DNA from: Gemmatimonadota bacterium
Lineage (GTDB): Bacteria; Gemmatimonadota; Gemmatimonadetes; Longimicrobiales; Gaopeijiaceae
NCBI GenBank assembly: GCA_039589315.1
Contig: JBDHHQ010000084.1
Location: forward strand, 1-18,084
Direction: 5' to 3'
Length of the DNA: 18,084 nt
Shown piece by piece: positions 16,558 through 18,084 of this stretch. The position numbers and the translations under genes are program-made. The notes beneath the pieces were generated by a model, which saw only the letters and a list, made by a program, of their open reading frames with translations, was not told the origin of the DNA and ran no database searches. Positions within the stretch are counted from its first letter, which is position 1. Each line of letters opens with the position of its first letter.

Positions 16558-17436
16558 ATGGAGCCCGGCGAGCCATCGGCTGGTCCCGCCGCCGACCCGT
16601 CGGCCGGGGTGGTCTTCTGCGGGCTCGCTCGGAACTGCGCCCACGCCCTTCCCGCTCTGCTCGAGGTCGTGTCGGCCGCAGGCCGCGCCCTCGGCGACTG
16701 GGCGTACGTCCTGCTCGAGAGCGATTCATACGACGGCACGGCGAATGTCCTCCAGGCGTTCGATGACCGGAACGGCAGGGGCATCGTGCGCAGCTACGGT
16801 CGGCTGCGCCGTCGATTCTCCGCGCGCAACGAGCGACTGGCCTACCTGAGAAACGAATACCTCCGACTCTCTGAGGAGTCAGGCTATTTCGACCGCTGTT
16901 CCCTCTGTGTGGTGCTGGACCTGGACCGGGTCAACGAGAACCTCGACCCTGCTCGCCTGGTCACGCTGCTGCAAGAGACCCCCCGCGAATGGGCTGGGTT
17001 GTTCGCCAACCAATCCGAGCGGTACTACGACGTCTGGGCCCTTCGGCACCCCGAGTGGAGTCCCGACGACTGCTGGGCCCGCGTGAAGAACCGCCCGGCG
17101 TCCATGAGCGAGAAGGACGCCGCGCGTGAGTTCGTGGAGGCCCGGATGATCCGCGTCCCTCCTGACAGCGAGCGGATCGAGGTGGAAAGCGCCTTCGGCG
17201 GGCTTGGCATCTACGACCTGGACATGCTCAGGGGATGCCGCTACCGGGGCGTCGCCGAGGACGGGTCGCCGGTGTGCGAGCACGTCCCGATGCACGCGCA
17301 GATCAGGAAGAAGGGCGGGCGGCTCTTCATCGAGCCGTCGCTCATCAACGGTAGCGGCGTGCAGGAGCACAAGGCCACGGGTGCTAGTCGCGCCGTGGCG
17401 TGGTTGGGCAGCGTGCTCCGCGGGAATCGCCCTTAG
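16558..17436 (+). CDS. Putative GT-A fold glycosyltransferase-like protein
   Basis: FCGLARNC, ESDSYDGT, RLAYLRN, VLDLD (DxD), YYDVWALR, VESAFGGLGIY, CEH. Start uncertain (ATG 16558 or TTG 16549). Confidence 0.6.
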   Translation: MEPGEPSAGPAADPSAGVVFCGLARNCAHALPALLEVVSAAGRALGDWAYVLLESDSYDGTANVLQAFDDRNGRGIVRSYGRLRRRFSARNERLAYLRNEYLRLSEESGYFDRCSLCVVLDLDRVNENLDPARLVTLLQETPREWAGLFANQSERYYDVWALRHPEWSPDDCWARVKNRPASMSEKDAAREFVEARMIRVPPDSERIEVESAFGGLGIYDLDMLRGCRYRGVAEDGSPVCEHVPMHAQIRKKGGRLFIEPSLINGSGVQEHKATGASRAVAWLGSVLRGNRP

Positions 17437-17451
17437 GCGACCTGGTGGTGT

Positions 17452-17597
17452 GGACGGTGCGGGCTGCGCGGCCCCGGTTCGGGCCGTTGCGCGCACCGCC
17501 GTGACGGTTGCGCCACCTTCCCGGGCGCTCCACTCGGATCACGGCGCCTTCACGCCGGATCCGAGCCCTCCCCGGGGCCGCGCAGCCCGCACCGTCC
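17452..17597. repeat. Perfect 26-bp inverted repeat closing a long imperfect hairpin
   Basis: GGACGGTGCGGGCTGCGCGGCCCCGG (17452-17477) is the exact reverse complement of 17572-17597; the spacer is 94 nt. Confidence 0.9.
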
Positions 17598-17889
17598 CCG
17601 ACGGTCGGCGATCCAGGGGGACGGCTGCGCTGCGGCAGTGTCGGATCGCCGAGCCACGGAGCTCGTTGTCGGTCGCGAGACAGGCCGGACGGGTGCGTCG
17701 GGCGCTTTGGTGGCAGTGGGCGGAGTCGGTCCACGCGACCGACCGCTCGGCGCCACCACCCGCGGGCGCCAGCGAAACGCGGAGTTCGCGCCTCATCCGG
17801 GGCTCATGCGGCACTCCGCGTACGGTCCGGATCGCGAGACGACGCGATCCCACCGGGCGACGTGCCCAGGCCGGGTCGCCCCACCCCCA

Positions 17890-18084
17890 CTACCCTTCGA
17901 GCTGCACCAGTGCGTTCGCTCGCAGCTGACCACACGCCGCATCGATATCGCGGCCGCGGGGCGTCCTGATCTCTCCGGACACGCCCCGGCGCTCGAGCAC
18001 TTTCAGGAACTCGCGCATCCGGCGAGGCTCGCTGGCCACCCAATCCTGATAGGGGATCGGGTTGAAGGGGATCAGGTTCACGAA
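17890..18084 (-). CDS. rlmN: Radical SAM rRNA/tRNA methyltransferase RlmN, 3' end only
   Basis: VNLIPFNP and RGRDIDAACGQL are the diagnostic RlmN/Cfr C-terminal motifs. The gene starts beyond the window. Confidence 0.9.
   Translation of the reverse strand, partial: FVNLIPFNPIPYQDWVASEPRRMREFLKVLERRGVSGEIRTPRGRDIDAACGQLRANALVQLEG

Noticed and set aside
17441..17617. Calling the long hairpin 6S RNA or SRP RNA
   Set aside because: The SRP CAGG...GGAAGCAGC motif is absent, and no promoter or 6S-like sequence features can be confirmed by eye. It needs a covariance-model search.
17204..18043. Several ORFs in the track spanning the GT-rlmN gap
   Set aside because: Low-complexity Arg/Pro/Ala/Gly translations without SD or motifs, several overlapping real genes.

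Overview
High-GC bacterial chromosomal window, mostly housekeeping. The gene set and order resemble Gemmatimonadota, but that is inference only. Left to right: a minus-strand operon truA - transaldolase - HtrA/DegP protease (the protease runs off the left edge); trpD (+); a minus-strand lexA cassette carrying an unannotated 46-aa ORF; trpC-trpF-trpB-[HEAT-repeat protein]-[HD-GYP protein]-trpA (+); an orphan C-terminal fragment of an ABC permease; rqcH/NFACT (-); panB-panC-yqeK-like-LytR_C-lepB (+); a GT-A-like glycosyltransferase (+); a strongly self-complementary 450-bp intergenic region; and the 3' end of rlmN (-). The best candidate for an undescribed system is the HEAT + HD-GYP pair coupled inside the trp operon. 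The two proteins share a homologous unnamed N-terminal domain, and the HD-GYP enzyme has RxxQ instead of Rxx(R/K). Other signals are tandem GAAC-N7-GAAC direct repeats over a clean lexA promoter, the small ORF behind lexA, three apparently leaderless genes, a codon-usage anomaly inside the HEAT gene, and a perfect 26-bp inverted repeat. No CRISPR array, tRNA/rRNA gene or transposase was seen. All calls come from motif recognition by eye; no searches were run.
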